Origin: Anaerolineales bacterium
GTDB taxonomy: Bacteria; Chloroflexota; Anaerolineae; Anaerolineales; UBA11579
Length of the DNA stretch: 64,000 bases
NCBI GenBank assembly: GCA_026129335.1
Contig: JAHCIH010000001.1
Span: 13,441 to 77,440 of the forward strand
Direction: 5' to 3'
Shown here: in pieces, positions 37,020 through 45,922 of the stretch
Numbering within the stretch: position 1 is the first letter of the stretch
Layout of the letters: the number at the start of each line of letters is the position of its first letter
The notes under the pieces: generated by a model
Seen by the model: the letters and a program-made list of their open reading frames with translations, nothing else
The model's database searches: none
Told to the model about the DNA's origin: nothing
Program-made: the position numbers and the translations under genes

Positions 37020-37667
37020 CTACCAGCCGCGGGCGAAGCGCTGCTCTTTCCACACGTCCGCCTGGTTGTGGTAGCCGGCCTGCTCCCAAAAGCCCAGCTT
37101 GTCTTCGGAGAGGAACTCCAGGCCGCGCAACCATTTGGCGCCTTTCCAAAAGTAGGGCGTCTCCAGGTCTTCGCGGCCAGGGATAAAGCCGACCACGGAG
37201 CGCAGCGGGTAGCCGTGGTCCGGCGTCAGCGGTTGGCCGTCGAAGCGGTAGGCGAGCAGGAAGTTATCGCCGTAGGCCACCTCCAGCGGCACGTTCACGG
37301 TGAAGCCGTACTCGGCGTGCTGCAGCAAATGTTTGGCGCTGGGTTTGGGTTTGATAAAGCCCTGGTCCACCAGGTCTTTGAGTGAGATGCCTTCCCACAC
37401 TGTGTCGAACTTGCTCCAGCGGGTCACGCAGTGGATGTCCATGATGATGCTGCGCCGCGGCAGCTGCTGCACTTCATCCCAGTTCCAGCGGACTTCCTCT
37501 TCCACCTCGCCGAAGACGCGCAAATCCCAAGTGTCGGCGTTAAACGCTGGCACCGGCCCGTAATGCAGCACTGGGAACTTCTGGGTCAGGGCTTGGCCGG
37601 GTGGCAGGCGGCCCTCGCTGCGGACGCGTTCCTCTTCGTCTCGGCGATTGCGAATATTGTCGAACAT
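37020..37667 (-). CDS. Sulfite oxidase-like molybdopterin-binding oxidoreductase
   Basis: FPVLHYGPVP...DIHCVTRWSKFDTVWEGI pattern of small Oxidored_molyb proteins. Confidence 0.8.
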   Translation of the reverse strand: MFDNIRNRRDEEERVRSEGRLPPGQALTQKFPVLHYGPVPAFNADTWDLRVFGEVEEEVRWNWDEVQQLPRRSIIMDIHCVTRWSKFDTVWEGISLKDLVDQGFIKPKPSAKHLLQHAEYGFTVNVPLEVAYGDNFLLAYRFDGQPLTPDHGYPLRSVVGFIPGREDLETPYFWKGAKWLRGLEFLSEDKLGFWEQAGYHNQADVWKEQRFARGW

Positions 37668-37685
37668 TGGTCTTCCCTCTGCCGG

Positions 37686-38375
37686 CTACTCCACAAGCTG
37701 CAGTGTATCCCCCGGCTTGAGCACATGCGCTTGGGCAGATGTTTCCGCGGAGACGCGCTGCGCCCAGGCATCCGGGTCCTGCTCGATGAGGTCCCAGGTG
37801 CCGTAGTGATAGGGCATCACCTGCTTGGGCTCCAGCAATTTCACCGCGCGCAGGGCATCGTCCGGCCCCATGGTGAAGTAATCACCAATTGGCAGAACCG
37901 CCAGGTCCACACCTTCTTCGCCGATCAGGCGCATATCGCCAAACAAGGCCGTATCGCAGGCGAGATAGATCTTGCGGCCTTTAGGCGAGGTGAGCAGGAA
38001 GCCGACCGCACAACCCCCATAGCTGCCATCGGGCATTTGCGAGCCGTGCACCGCCACGGTGAGCTTGACCTTGCCGAAGGGCAGAGACAGCTGCCCGCCC
38101 AGGTTCAAGCCGTGAGTTTGCACGCCCTGCTTCTCCAGCCAGCCGGCCACCTCCAGGGTGGTGATCACCGGCGCACCGGTGTGCTCGGACAGGGCGACAG
38201 CATCGGCAATGTGATCGTTATGTCCATGGCTGACCAAAATATAGTCAGCGGCCACAGTTTCTGACGTCGCTTCGGTCGTAGGGTTGTCGGCAAAGAAAGG
38301 GTCTACCACCACGGTATAACCGCCAATATTGACGGCCAGCGTGGCATGGCCTATCCAGGTTAGAGAGAGGGTCAT
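37686..38375 (-). CDS. MBL-fold metal-dependent hydrolase (UPF0173-like)
   Basis: WIGHATL N-terminus, HGHNDH metal motif, SD AAGGAG upstream. Confidence 0.85.
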   Translation of the reverse strand: MTLSLTWIGHATLAVNIGGYTVVVDPFFADNPTTEATSETVAADYILVSHGHNDHIADAVALSEHTGAPVITTLEVAGWLEKQGVQTHGLNLGGQLSLPFGKVKLTVAVHGSQMPDGSYGGCAVGFLLTSPKGRKIYLACDTALFGDMRLIGEEGVDLAVLPIGDYFTMGPDDALRAVKLLEPKQVMPYHYGTWDLIEQDPDAWAQRVSAETSAQAHVLKPGDTLQLVE

Positions 38376-38386
38376 CGCACGGCTCC

Positions 38387-38446
38387 TTTTGAATTAATCA
38401 TTCCTCTATTTTAGAGTATGTTTTACTTAATTAGTCTTCTTAGTAG
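38387..38446. other. AT-rich stretch (about 23% GC by hand count), DUE-like
   Basis: ttttgaattaatcattcctctattttagagtatgttttacttaattagtcttcttagtag has 14 G/C in 60 nt, within a high-GC context. Confidence 0.6.
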
Positions 38447-38450
38447 GCCC

Positions 38451-38728
38451 TGTGGATATGGGGATTAGTCCACTTGACTCGGTACTCTTCACCGGATACG
38501 CCACTGCTGTGAGCATAGACCCCATATATACGGAAAGAGCCCGGAAATCTTTTCAACAAGCGGAAAGGCACGGAACGCTAATTTCTTCGGATAAAGAAAG
38601 AAGAGATCGCAGAAGACAAAAAGAAGCCCGGTTATCCGCAGCTCCCCCACAAATACGACGGATAACTTTCTCCCCGCCCAGCCAGTGAACCAACCTATTA
38701 TCCCCAGCTAGACCCTAGGTTATCCACA
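38451..38728. other. Cluster of six DnaA-box-like 9-mers (candidate oriC / DnaA-binding region)
   Basis: TGTGGATAT 38451-59 (rc ATATCCACA). rc TTATCCGAA 38586-94. TTATCCGCA 38632-40. rc TTATCCGTC 38657-65. TTATCCCCA 38698-706. Perfect TTATCCACA 38720-28. All confirmed through overlapping ORF-track translations. Confidence 0.55.
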
Positions 38729-38770
38729 GCAAGAGCAAGGGTTACACACAGTTGCTGATATGCTTGGGCA

Positions 38771-39664
38771 ATGGCCTCTTCCCCTGAACGACAATCCGAG
38801 ACACGCGCTATTTGGCAAGCCCTTTTGGTGACCATCCTGTGGGCTTCGTCCTGGGTGTTGATTAAATTTGGCCTGGGCAACATCCCGCCATTGACCTTCG
38901 CCGGCCTGCGCTACACACTGGCCTTCGCCCTGCTGCTGCCGCTGCTGCTGCGCGGCGGGAGACTCGCCGAGCTGCGCAGCCTTTCACGGACAGACCTGGG
39001 CTGGCTGGCATTGCTCGGCTTGGTTTACTACAGCCTGACTCAGGGCCTGCAGTTCGTCGGCCTGGACCTGTTGCCGGCCAATACACTCAGCCTGATGCTC
39101 TCACTAAGCAGCCTGACCATCGCCCTGGCCGGCTATTGGCTGCTGGCCGAGCGACTCAACGGGCTGCAGTGGGCCGGCGTGCTGGTCGCCATCGCCGGGG
39201 CGCTGATCTACTTCGGCAGCGCCGAGGGGCTGGTAGGCCTCGGCCTGTTGGTGGGCGTGCTGGCGGTGCTGGCCAACACGGCCGGTGCCATCCTGACCCG
39301 CGGGGTGAACCGCAGCGCGCGCATCTCGCCGCTGGTGGTCACTGTGGTCAGCATGGGTATCGGCTCGCTCACGCTGCTGGCCGCCGGAGTGTTCAGCGAG
39401 CCGTGGCCGCAGCTGACGCTGCAGGATTGGCTGATCATCCTGTGGCTGGCAGCGGTCAACACCGCTTTTGCCTTCACCCTGTGGAACCGCGCCATGCAGG
39501 TGCTCTCGGCGGCGCAGGCCAGCGTGATCAACAACACCATGCTGATCCAGATCGCCATCCTGGCCTGGCTCTTCCTGGGTGAGCGCCCCGGCGGCTGGCA
39601 GCTGCTGGGCCTGGGCGTGACCGCGCTGGGCACCATGATGGTGAACTTGCGCCCGCGCCGCTAA
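38771..39664 (+). CDS. EamA/DMT-family transporter
   Basis: Ten predicted TM helices in two EamA-like halves, 297 aa. Confidence 0.85.
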   Translation: MASSPERQSETRAIWQALLVTILWASSWVLIKFGLGNIPPLTFAGLRYTLAFALLLPLLLRGGRLAELRSLSRTDLGWLALLGLVYYSLTQGLQFVGLDLLPANTLSLMLSLSSLTIALAGYWLLAERLNGLQWAGVLVAIAGALIYFGSAEGLVGLGLLVGVLAVLANTAGAILTRGVNRSARISPLVVTVVSMGIGSLTLLAAGVFSEPWPQLTLQDWLIILWLAAVNTAFAFTLWNRAMQVLSAAQASVINNTMLIQIAILAWLFLGERPGGWQLLGLGVTALGTMMVNLRPRR

Positions 39665-39674
39665 ACCGCCAACT

Positions 39675-40802
39675 TTACAGATCTCGAATGTACACGCGGT
39701 GGTTCTTGTAGGGCTTGCCGCCCAGGTTCTCCAGGTCGCGGCGCATCTCCCAGGCGGTTTCGGCCACCTGGGTCAGGTCTCCCTCCTGGAACTGGAAGTC
39801 CCACAGCGTCTTTTCCATCTCTGAATACATCAGCGCGTTACCTCCGCGCCCCTGGAACTCGGGCAGGATGCCGATGCCGTTGACCGAGACCCACTTAGTG
39901 CGGCGCAGTTCCAGCAGCAGGTCGAAGATGCCGAAGGGCAGCAGGCGGCCCTGGGCGCGCTGCAAGGCGGCCGACACGTCGGGGAAGGCGAAGAGGAAGC
40001 CGACGATGTCCTCGCCGTGGGTGATGACTTTGATCAGGCGCGGGTCGGCGACGACCAGGATGTTCTGGATGACGAAGTCGATCTCGCGCTGGCTCAGCGG
40101 GTAGTACTCCCAATTGTTGACGAAGGCTTGGTTGTAAGCCTTGCCGATGCGCGGCCCCCAGGCGCGCAGCTCGCGCTTGTTGGCGAAGCGCTTGACCTGC
40201 AATGTGCCGCGCTGCACCACGCGCTGAGCGATGCTGTGCACCCGCTCGGGGAAGCGAAAGTGGTCGCGGTGGGCGTAGCAGGAGACGAAGTCCACCTCTT
40301 TGCGGAAGCCCAGCGCTTCCACCAGGCGCGGGTAGTAGGCGTAGTTGTAGTTCATCATGCTCATCATCTGGCGGTGCTCGAAGCCTTCCACCTGGATGCC
40401 GTAGCCGTCCAGCGGGCCGAAGCCCTTGGGGCCGACGATCTGGGTCAGCCCGCGTTCCCGGGCCCAGTCGAAGGCGCGCCCGAACAGCGCATTGGCCACC
40501 GCCTGGTCGTCTATGCTTTCAAAGAAGTAGAACTGCGCCTGCTTTTTGGCGTGGTAGGCGTTGTAGGGCTTGTTCTCCAGCGCAGCAAGGCGCCCAACCA
40601 CCTGGCCATCTCGCACGGCCACGAAGAAATCCGCCTCGGAATGCTCGTAGAAGGGATGCTTGCTACGATCCAGGAAAGAGTAGGCATCGACCAGCAGCGG
40701 CGGCACCCACTGCTGGCAGCCCTTGTAATGCTGGAACGGGAACTCCACGAAGCGCCGTGCGTCAGCCTTGGAGCCGGTGTCTACCTGTTGGATGCTGAGC
40801 AT
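39675..40802 (-). CDS. GNAT-like acyltransferase family protein (uncharacterised 375-aa family)
   Basis: N-terminal FVEFPFQHYKG..QWVPPLL...KHPFYEH...GRLAALEN pattern that I recognise from an uncharacterised GNAT-like family. Confidence 0.55.
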   Translation of the reverse strand: MLSIQQVDTGSKADARRFVEFPFQHYKGCQQWVPPLLVDAYSFLDRSKHPFYEHSEADFFVAVRDGQVVGRLAALENKPYNAYHAKKQAQFYFFESIDDQAVANALFGRAFDWARERGLTQIVGPKGFGPLDGYGIQVEGFEHRQMMSMMNYNYAYYPRLVEALGFRKEVDFVSCYAHRDHFRFPERVHSIAQRVVQRGTLQVKRFANKRELRAWGPRIGKAYNQAFVNNWEYYPLSQREIDFVIQNILVVADPRLIKVITHGEDIVGFLFAFPDVSAALQRAQGRLLPFGIFDLLLELRRTKWVSVNGIGILPEFQGRGGNALMYSEMEKTLWDFQFQEGDLTQVAETAWEMRRDLENLGGKPYKNHRVYIRDL

Positions 40803-40829
40803 GGCGGCATTATAAGACCGCCGGCCTGT

Positions 40830-42641
40830 TTATTTCTTCGCCAGCTGCTCCAGTTGGGCGATATTGGTCTCCAGTTCGCGGAAGGCGGCTTCGATGGGCG
40901 CCTTGCTGCTCATGTCCACGCCGGCAAGGGCGAACAGGTCCATGGCATAGCGCGAGCCGCCCGCCTGCAAGAAGCGATGGTAACCGGCGGCGGCTTCCGC
41001 ATCGCCGGCCAGCACCTTGTCCGCCGCAGCGTGAGCGGCGCTGATGCCCACGGCGTACTGGAAGCTGTAGAAGGGGATGTAGAGGTGCAGGAACTGCCCC
41101 CAGGTGATCGCGGTGCGCTCCGGATCGTCGGCCAGGGTGTCGCCGTAGCCTTCGGCGAAGAAGCCACCGAGGATGTTATTGAAGATCTCGGCGCTGAGCG
41201 GCTTGCCGGCCTTGGCGCGCTCGTAGACTTCGACCTCGAAGCGGGCCAGGGTGGGCATGATGAAGAAGTAGCGATGGAAGTTGGACATCGCCTCGTCGAT
41301 CATGGCCAGCTGGAAGTTGGCGTCGGCGGCTTTTTCCTTGCGCAGGTAGGCGCGGGTCATGGCTTGCTGGAAGTTCGAGGCGGTTTCGGTGACGGTGGAT
41401 GAGATCGCCCCGTAGTCGTTGTACACGATCGGCTGGTGCCCGGCGAAAGCGTGACTGTGCATCGAATGGCCCAGCTCATGCGCCAAAGTGCTCAGGCTGA
41501 AGACTGAGTCGTTGTAACTCATGAAGATATAGGGCGGCTTGCGTCCCACCATACGGGAGGATGCGGCGCCCTGGCGCTTCTCTACATTTGGCGCCCAGTC
41601 CACCCAACGCTCCTCCAGGCTGCCGGCGCGCATCACCTCCACGTACTCGCCACCCAGCGGCTCCAGCGCGGCGCAGATCCACTCGATGGCCTGGTCGTAG
41701 GGCACCACCGGCGGGTCGCTGAGGATTGGCGCCCAGATGTCGTAGGGCGCCATCTTGTCCACGCCGATCAATTTGGCCTTCACCGCCCAGTAGCGATGCC
41801 AGAGGGGCAGATTGGCGCGGAACACGTCGATCAGGTTGTGGAAGACCTGCGTGGGCAGGTTGTTCGGCGCCAAGCGCATTTCCAGCACGCTGTCGAAGCC
41901 GCGTACTTTGCGCAAAAATTCCATTTGCTTGACGTTGGTCAGGTAAAGCGCGGCCAGCGTCTTCTGCATGCCCAGATGGCTGTCGTAATAGTTTTCCCAG
42001 GCGCTGCGCCGGCGCTGGCGGTCGGTGGACTGCAGCGAAGCGCTCAGCGTGGACTGGTAGATGGGGTGCGTCCCGCCGGAGGAGTCCACCGCGTCTTCGA
42101 ATTTGAGGTCGGCGTTGGTCAGTTCGCTGTAACCGCGGAAAGCCATATTGAAGATGTCGTTGGCCATGCCGAGCACTTCTTCTACTTCTTCCGAGCGCAT
42201 GTTCTTTTGCAGGCGCAGCAGGTTGTCGAAGTAGTGCGCGTAGGCCTTCAACCGCGGCTCTTGTTCGGCCCAGGCCAACAGTTCCTCACCCTTTTCGATC
42301 AGCTGCGGTTCGGCGAAAGCCACCGCGGCCTGGAACTCTGCGCCCAACGCGCCGATCAGTCCCTGGCGGCGGTTGGCCTCTTCGTCGGTGCTGTCCACCG
42401 TGGCGGCCCAACCGACGAAGCCAGCCAGTTCGCCCAGGTTGACCGAGACGGTCTCATGGGCATCGAACCAATCTGCCAAAGCAAGGGGGCTGCCGGTGAT
42501 CTTGCCGTTGTAACTCGCCAGGTTTGGAATGGCTTGCTTGGCCTGTTCGAACTGTTTGTCCCAGGCTTCCCAGGAATCAAAAGTGGCTTCGCGGTTCCAA
42601 GTGGCTTCTAACGATACGTCTGCGCGCTTGAGTGTGGTCAT
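40830..42641 (-). CDS. pepF: Oligoendopeptidase F (M3B)
   Basis: ORF 40830..42701 trimmed to ATG 42641, which removes the overlap with the tRNA. Zinc motif HELGHSMH. Confidence 0.9.
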   Translation of the reverse strand: MTTLKRADVSLEATWNREATFDSWEAWDKQFEQAKQAIPNLASYNGKITGSPLALADWFDAHETVSVNLGELAGFVGWAATVDSTDEEANRRQGLIGALGAEFQAAVAFAEPQLIEKGEELLAWAEQEPRLKAYAHYFDNLLRLQKNMRSEEVEEVLGMANDIFNMAFRGYSELTNADLKFEDAVDSSGGTHPIYQSTLSASLQSTDRQRRRSAWENYYDSHLGMQKTLAALYLTNVKQMEFLRKVRGFDSVLEMRLAPNNLPTQVFHNLIDVFRANLPLWHRYWAVKAKLIGVDKMAPYDIWAPILSDPPVVPYDQAIEWICAALEPLGGEYVEVMRAGSLEERWVDWAPNVEKRQGAASSRMVGRKPPYIFMSYNDSVFSLSTLAHELGHSMHSHAFAGHQPIVYNDYGAISSTVTETASNFQQAMTRAYLRKEKAADANFQLAMIDEAMSNFHRYFFIMPTLARFEVEVYERAKAGKPLSAEIFNNILGGFFAEGYGDTLADDPERTAITWGQFLHLYIPFYSFQYAVGISAAHAAADKVLAGDAEAAAGYHRFLQAGGSRYAMDLFALAGVDMSSKAPIEAAFRELETNIAQLEQLAKK

Positions 42642-42674
42642 GGCGGAAAGTTCCTGTAGTTGGTTTGTGGACAG

Positions 42675-42748
42675 TGCCCCAGGTGGGAGTCGAACCCACA
42701 ACCTCGGCCTTAGGAGTGCCTTGCTCTGTCCAATTGAGCTACCGGGGC
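42675..42748 (-). tRNA. tRNA-Arg (anticodon CCU) with non-canonical anticodon stem
   Basis: Acceptor GCCCCGG/CTGGGGC, D arm GCTC-AATTGGACA-GAGC, anticodon loop CTCCTAA, T arm GTGGG-TTCGACT-CCCAC, discriminator A. The anticodon stem AGGCA/GGCCG has only 3 Watson-Crick pairs. Confidence 0.75.
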
Positions 42749-42845
42749 CTACGCACGCCCAAAGGGCGTGCGTTTAAGAGTTTCTGCTCGGCTCCGCCGA
42801 GCCACGAAACTCTATAGTATTAAGTCTACACGAAAACAGATTTAC

Positions 42846-43628
42846 TTAGCGACCTTTCCAGTTTGGCTTGCGTTTTTCGGCGAAGGCGCGCATGCCTTCT
42901 TTCTGGTCTTCAGAGGCGAAGAGGAAATAGAAGGCCTGGCGCTCCTCGGCGATGCCGTCGGCCAGGTGGGTCTCCTCGGCGCGGTTAACCGCCTCTTTGC
43001 CCAGGCGCACGGCCAGCGGGGCGCGGGCGGCGATGCCGGCGGCCAGTTCCAGCGCCTCGTCCAGGCAGCGTTCAGTGGGCACCACGCGGTTGACCAGCCC
43101 GTAACGCAGCGCCTCAGTGGCGGTCAGGGTGCGGTTGTTGAGCACCATTTCCATGGCGATCGCTTTGCCCACCGCTCGGGTCAGGCGCTGCGTGCCGCCC
43201 GCTCCAGGGATCACACCCAGATTGATCTCTGGCTGGCCGAAGCGGGCGTTCTCGGCGGCGACGATCATGTCGCAAGACATGGCCAGTTCGTTGCCGCCAC
43301 CCAGGCACCAGCCGGAGACGGCGGCAATGACCGGCTTCGAAATATGCTTGATGCGGTCGAAGGGCGAGATGTGGCCGCGCAACAGCAACTCTACAGATGA
43401 GGCCTCGGACATCTCTTTGATGTCCGCCCCAGCGGCGAAGGCGCGCTCGTCGCCCGTCAGCACGAAGGCACCCACGCCCTCGTCGGCGTCGTATTTTTTC
43501 AGCGCGTCCATTAGCTCGACCATTAGGGCCGTGTTGAGCGCGTTCATCGCCTCGGGGCGGTTGAGGCGCAGCAGCACGACGCGGTCGCGTACTTCAGTCA
43601 AGATCAGGGCAGCGGATTTGGACATCAT
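42846..43628 (-). CDS. Enoyl-CoA hydratase (crotonase family)
   Basis: FAAGADIKEM oxyanion-hole region and GGGNELAMSCD, 260 aa. Confidence 0.9.
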   Translation of the reverse strand: MMSKSAALILTEVRDRVVLLRLNRPEAMNALNTALMVELMDALKKYDADEGVGAFVLTGDERAFAAGADIKEMSEASSVELLLRGHISPFDRIKHISKPVIAAVSGWCLGGGNELAMSCDMIVAAENARFGQPEINLGVIPGAGGTQRLTRAVGKAIAMEMVLNNRTLTATEALRYGLVNRVVPTERCLDEALELAAGIAARAPLAVRLGKEAVNRAEETHLADGIAEERQAFYFLFASEDQKEGMRAFAEKRKPNWKGR

Positions 43629-43635
43629 CGTCCTC

Positions 43636-44223
43636 CTAGGATTTCGATTCAGCCAGGCAGCGCTCCAGGATTTGCGACGCGTCTGCCGGGCAAATGTGCA
43701 CAGCTATGTTGTCCTGGGCCAATTCTACGCCAGCCGCGGCGGCGAGGGCGGCCAACCCGCCGGCGGCAGCCTGCCGGGCCGCCGCCCCGCCCGGCTGTGC
43801 AACCTGGGCGATGACCATGCGCCCGCCGCCCAACTCGCGCATCACCCGGCCCACGGACTGCACGCACAGAAAAGCCATACTCAAGTTCAAATCCAGGGTG
43901 CGGTGCCAATCCCACTCGTCCATGTCCAATAGTGGGGTCTCGGGCTGGGCAATGGGCAGGAAGACCAGCAGGTCCACGCGTTCCCAGGCTTCCAGCACGG
44001 CTTGCAGCATGGTCTGCAGGGCCAGCTTGCGCGAACCGTCCGCCGGATGGGCGGCGGCTTCTCCGCCGCCGGCGTTCAGCTCGGCGGCGATGGCCTCGAT
44101 GCGGCCAGGCAGCAGGTCGTTGAGCGCCACGCGCAGCCCGGCGGCGGCCAGGCCGCGGGCCACGGCTGCGCCGGCCGCCGAGCCGGCGCCAACGATCAGC
44201 GCCACGGGCTTAGTCGCTGGCAT
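43636..44223 (-). CDS. Short SDR-like Rossmann protein, catalytic motif apparently degenerate
   Basis: ORF trimmed to ATG 44223. ALIVGAGSAAGAAVARGLA dinucleotide loop. No recognisable YxxxK at the expected position. Confidence 0.55.
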   Translation of the reverse strand: MPATKPVALIVGAGSAAGAAVARGLAAAGLRVALNDLLPGRIEAIAAELNAGGGEAAAHPADGSRKLALQTMLQAVLEAWERVDLLVFLPIAQPETPLLDMDEWDWHRTLDLNLSMAFLCVQSVGRVMRELGGGRMVIAQVAQPGGAAARQAAAGGLAALAAAAGVELAQDNIAVHICPADASQILERCLAESKS

Positions 44224-44971
44224 CGCGCAGCTCCCAGGGCTCGATGGTGGACGCTCCCTCACACAGCGGGATCTCTGTCGGGTTGTCGCGGTGGTTTAGG
44301 GCCAGGCCGAAATAGGGACTGGGGTCGTAGGTGTTGCGGATGTCCAGCTCGTTCAAGAACTCGCCGTCTTCATCTTTGACCACCGAAAAATGTAGATGCA
44401 GGCCGGTGGGCGCGCCCGGGTCTCCGGAATAATTGCCCATGTAGCCCAGAAATGTGCCGGCTTCGACATACACCTCTTCGGTGCCTGGTGGAAATTCCTC
44501 GGCGATGAAGCTCTGCCCATCCTGGTTGGCCAGGTGCGTGTAATAGGTCCAGACCTGCCGGCCGGGCTGCAGCGGGTCGCTGGGGATGCGGATGATCACC
44601 GAGGCGCGCCAGTCCGCCTGGCGGGTCAGGTATCCCGGGTAGGCGGCGTACACCGGCGTGATGCCGGGCTGGGTGCCGGAGAAGATGTCCACCCCGGCGT
44701 GGCGGTGGCCCAAGCGGAAAGACTGGTCCCACAAGCCGAGGATGACGCCCCGGGTCGGGAAGGCGAAGGGCGCATCGCCGCAGCGCTGGCCCGGCTGCAG
44801 GGTGTAGCGGGCGAAGGTCTGCGGGTTGGCGCGCAGTTCGGCGAAGAGCGCCCAGCGTCCGGTCGGCCGGAAATAGTTGCGGTAAATGTACACGCCAGCC
44901 AGGATGCCGAGTACCAGCAGGGCAAGGAGAAGCGGCCAGACCAACTTGCGCCAACCTTTGGGCAGCTTCAT
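44210..44971 (-). CDS. M23 family metallopeptidase with N-terminal membrane anchor
   Basis: HAGVDIF (HxxxD) and LHLHFSV (HxH) motifs. TM segment LVWPLLLALLVLGILAGVYIY. Confidence 0.85.
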   Translation of the reverse strand: MKLPKGWRKLVWPLLLALLVLGILAGVYIYRNYFRPTGRWALFAELRANPQTFARYTLQPGQRCGDAPFAFPTRGVILGLWDQSFRLGHRHAGVDIFSGTQPGITPVYAAYPGYLTRQADWRASVIIRIPSDPLQPGRQVWTYYTHLANQDGQSFIAEEFPPGTEEVYVEAGTFLGYMGNYSGDPGAPTGLHLHFSVVKDEDGEFLNELDIRNTYDPSPYFGLALNHRDNPTEIPLCEGASTIEPWELRDASD

Positions 44972-45327
44972 GCCCTGTCGCCTGGCGGAACGCCTTGCGG
45001 CGGGTCGCTGGCAAAGCCGGCCAGGTCGTCCTGTAGGTGGTCGGCCAGCAGCAAGGTCACCTTGCCGCCGCTGATCTGCTGCAGGATCTGCCCGGCCTGC
45101 TGCCCTTCGGGCGAGGCCATCGCTTCCCCGGCGGCGGTCAGTGAGTCGAAGTGCAATTCGTGGATCAAGTGGGCTTGGAAACTGCCGTGCAGGGCGCGGT
45201 CCACGCGGCCAGTTACCTCGCTGCGCAGGCCGGGCATGCGCTCGGCCGCCGCCAGGAACTGCGGCCAGGCGGCGTCGAACTCGGCGGGGTGGTCTTGGGG
45301 TTCAATGAGGATGACCAGCTTGTACAT
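44968..45327 (-). CDS. EthD family protein
   Basis: ORF trimmed to ATG 45327 (MYKLVILIEPQDHPAEFD...ELHFDSLTAAGEAMASPEGQ), matching the EthD/TIGR02118-type pattern. Confidence 0.75.
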   Translation of the reverse strand: MYKLVILIEPQDHPAEFDAAWPQFLAAAERMPGLRSEVTGRVDRALHGSFQAHLIHELHFDSLTAAGEAMASPEGQQAGQILQQISGGKVTLLLADHLQDDLAGFASDPPQGVPPGDRA

Positions 45328-45428
45328 GCGGGCCAAAATTATAACCGTGGCCAAATTGGCCGCCGCGCTTGACAACAGGCGCCGGTTGGCTGTGGTAATA
45401 TTCGCCACTGTAAGGTTTCGAGCAAGGC

Positions 45429-45809
45429 ATGCAAGAGAAGATCACCATCATCGAAGGTCCCTCACCGACATTTGAAATCGTAGACGAGGGCTGGTCCACT
45501 GGGGTGCTGGAAGGCCCGACGCTGTACGGAGTCGCCCTGACTCACTTGCGCACATTCAACGGCCGCGAGCTGGTGGAACGCTGCCACCGGGCCTGGAGCA
45601 AGCAGGAAAGCATCCAGTTGGAATACCGCGATGAAGAAGGCATGGCCAAAGAAGCGCCTATCGTGGCCGCCCGCGCCGCCGAAACCGACGAGGGTGAGAT
45701 GCTGATGTTGTGGGTGCGCCTGCCGGACGAAGAAATTGAACTGGCCATCGGCTACGAAGACGACGACATGGACGATATCGAGGGCGACGAGATGGACCCG
45801 CTGGTCTGA
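45429..45809 (+). CDS. Hypothetical acidic protein (126 aa)
   Basis: ATG-started ORF with a terminator downstream and an Asp/Glu-rich C-terminus. No family recognised. Confidence 0.5.
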   Translation: MQEKITIIEGPSPTFEIVDEGWSTGVLEGPTLYGVALTHLRTFNGRELVERCHRAWSKQESIQLEYRDEEGMAKEAPIVAARAAETDEGEMLMLWVRLPDEEIELAIGYEDDDMDDIEGDEMDPLV

Positions 45810-45826
45810 TCGACCTAGAAATAAAG

Positions 45827-45860
45827 AAAAAGCGCAATACATCGTATTGCGCTTTTTTGT
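45827..45860 (+). terminator. Intrinsic terminator
   Basis: AAAAAGCGCAATAC-atc-GTATTGCGCTTTTT followed by tgtt. Confidence 0.8.
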
Positions 45861-45922
45861 TGCCCACCCACGGATGCCATTAAAATAGCTGCTATACAAA
45901 CGTGCCTATAGATGGAGAAGCC

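Noticed and set aside
38452-38688. 78-aa ORF (GTG start) inside the DnaA-box spacer
   Set aside because: It has no SD, a charged low-complexity translation (KERRDRRRQKE), and overlaps four DnaA-box-like sites. It is more likely non-coding regulatory DNA.
42751-42773. Hairpin ACGCACGCCC-aaa-GGGCGTGCGT between the crotonase gene and tRNA-Arg
   Set aside because: It could be a terminator for the crotonase operon or a tRNA processing element, but there is no U-run on the minus strand. Evidence is too weak to call.
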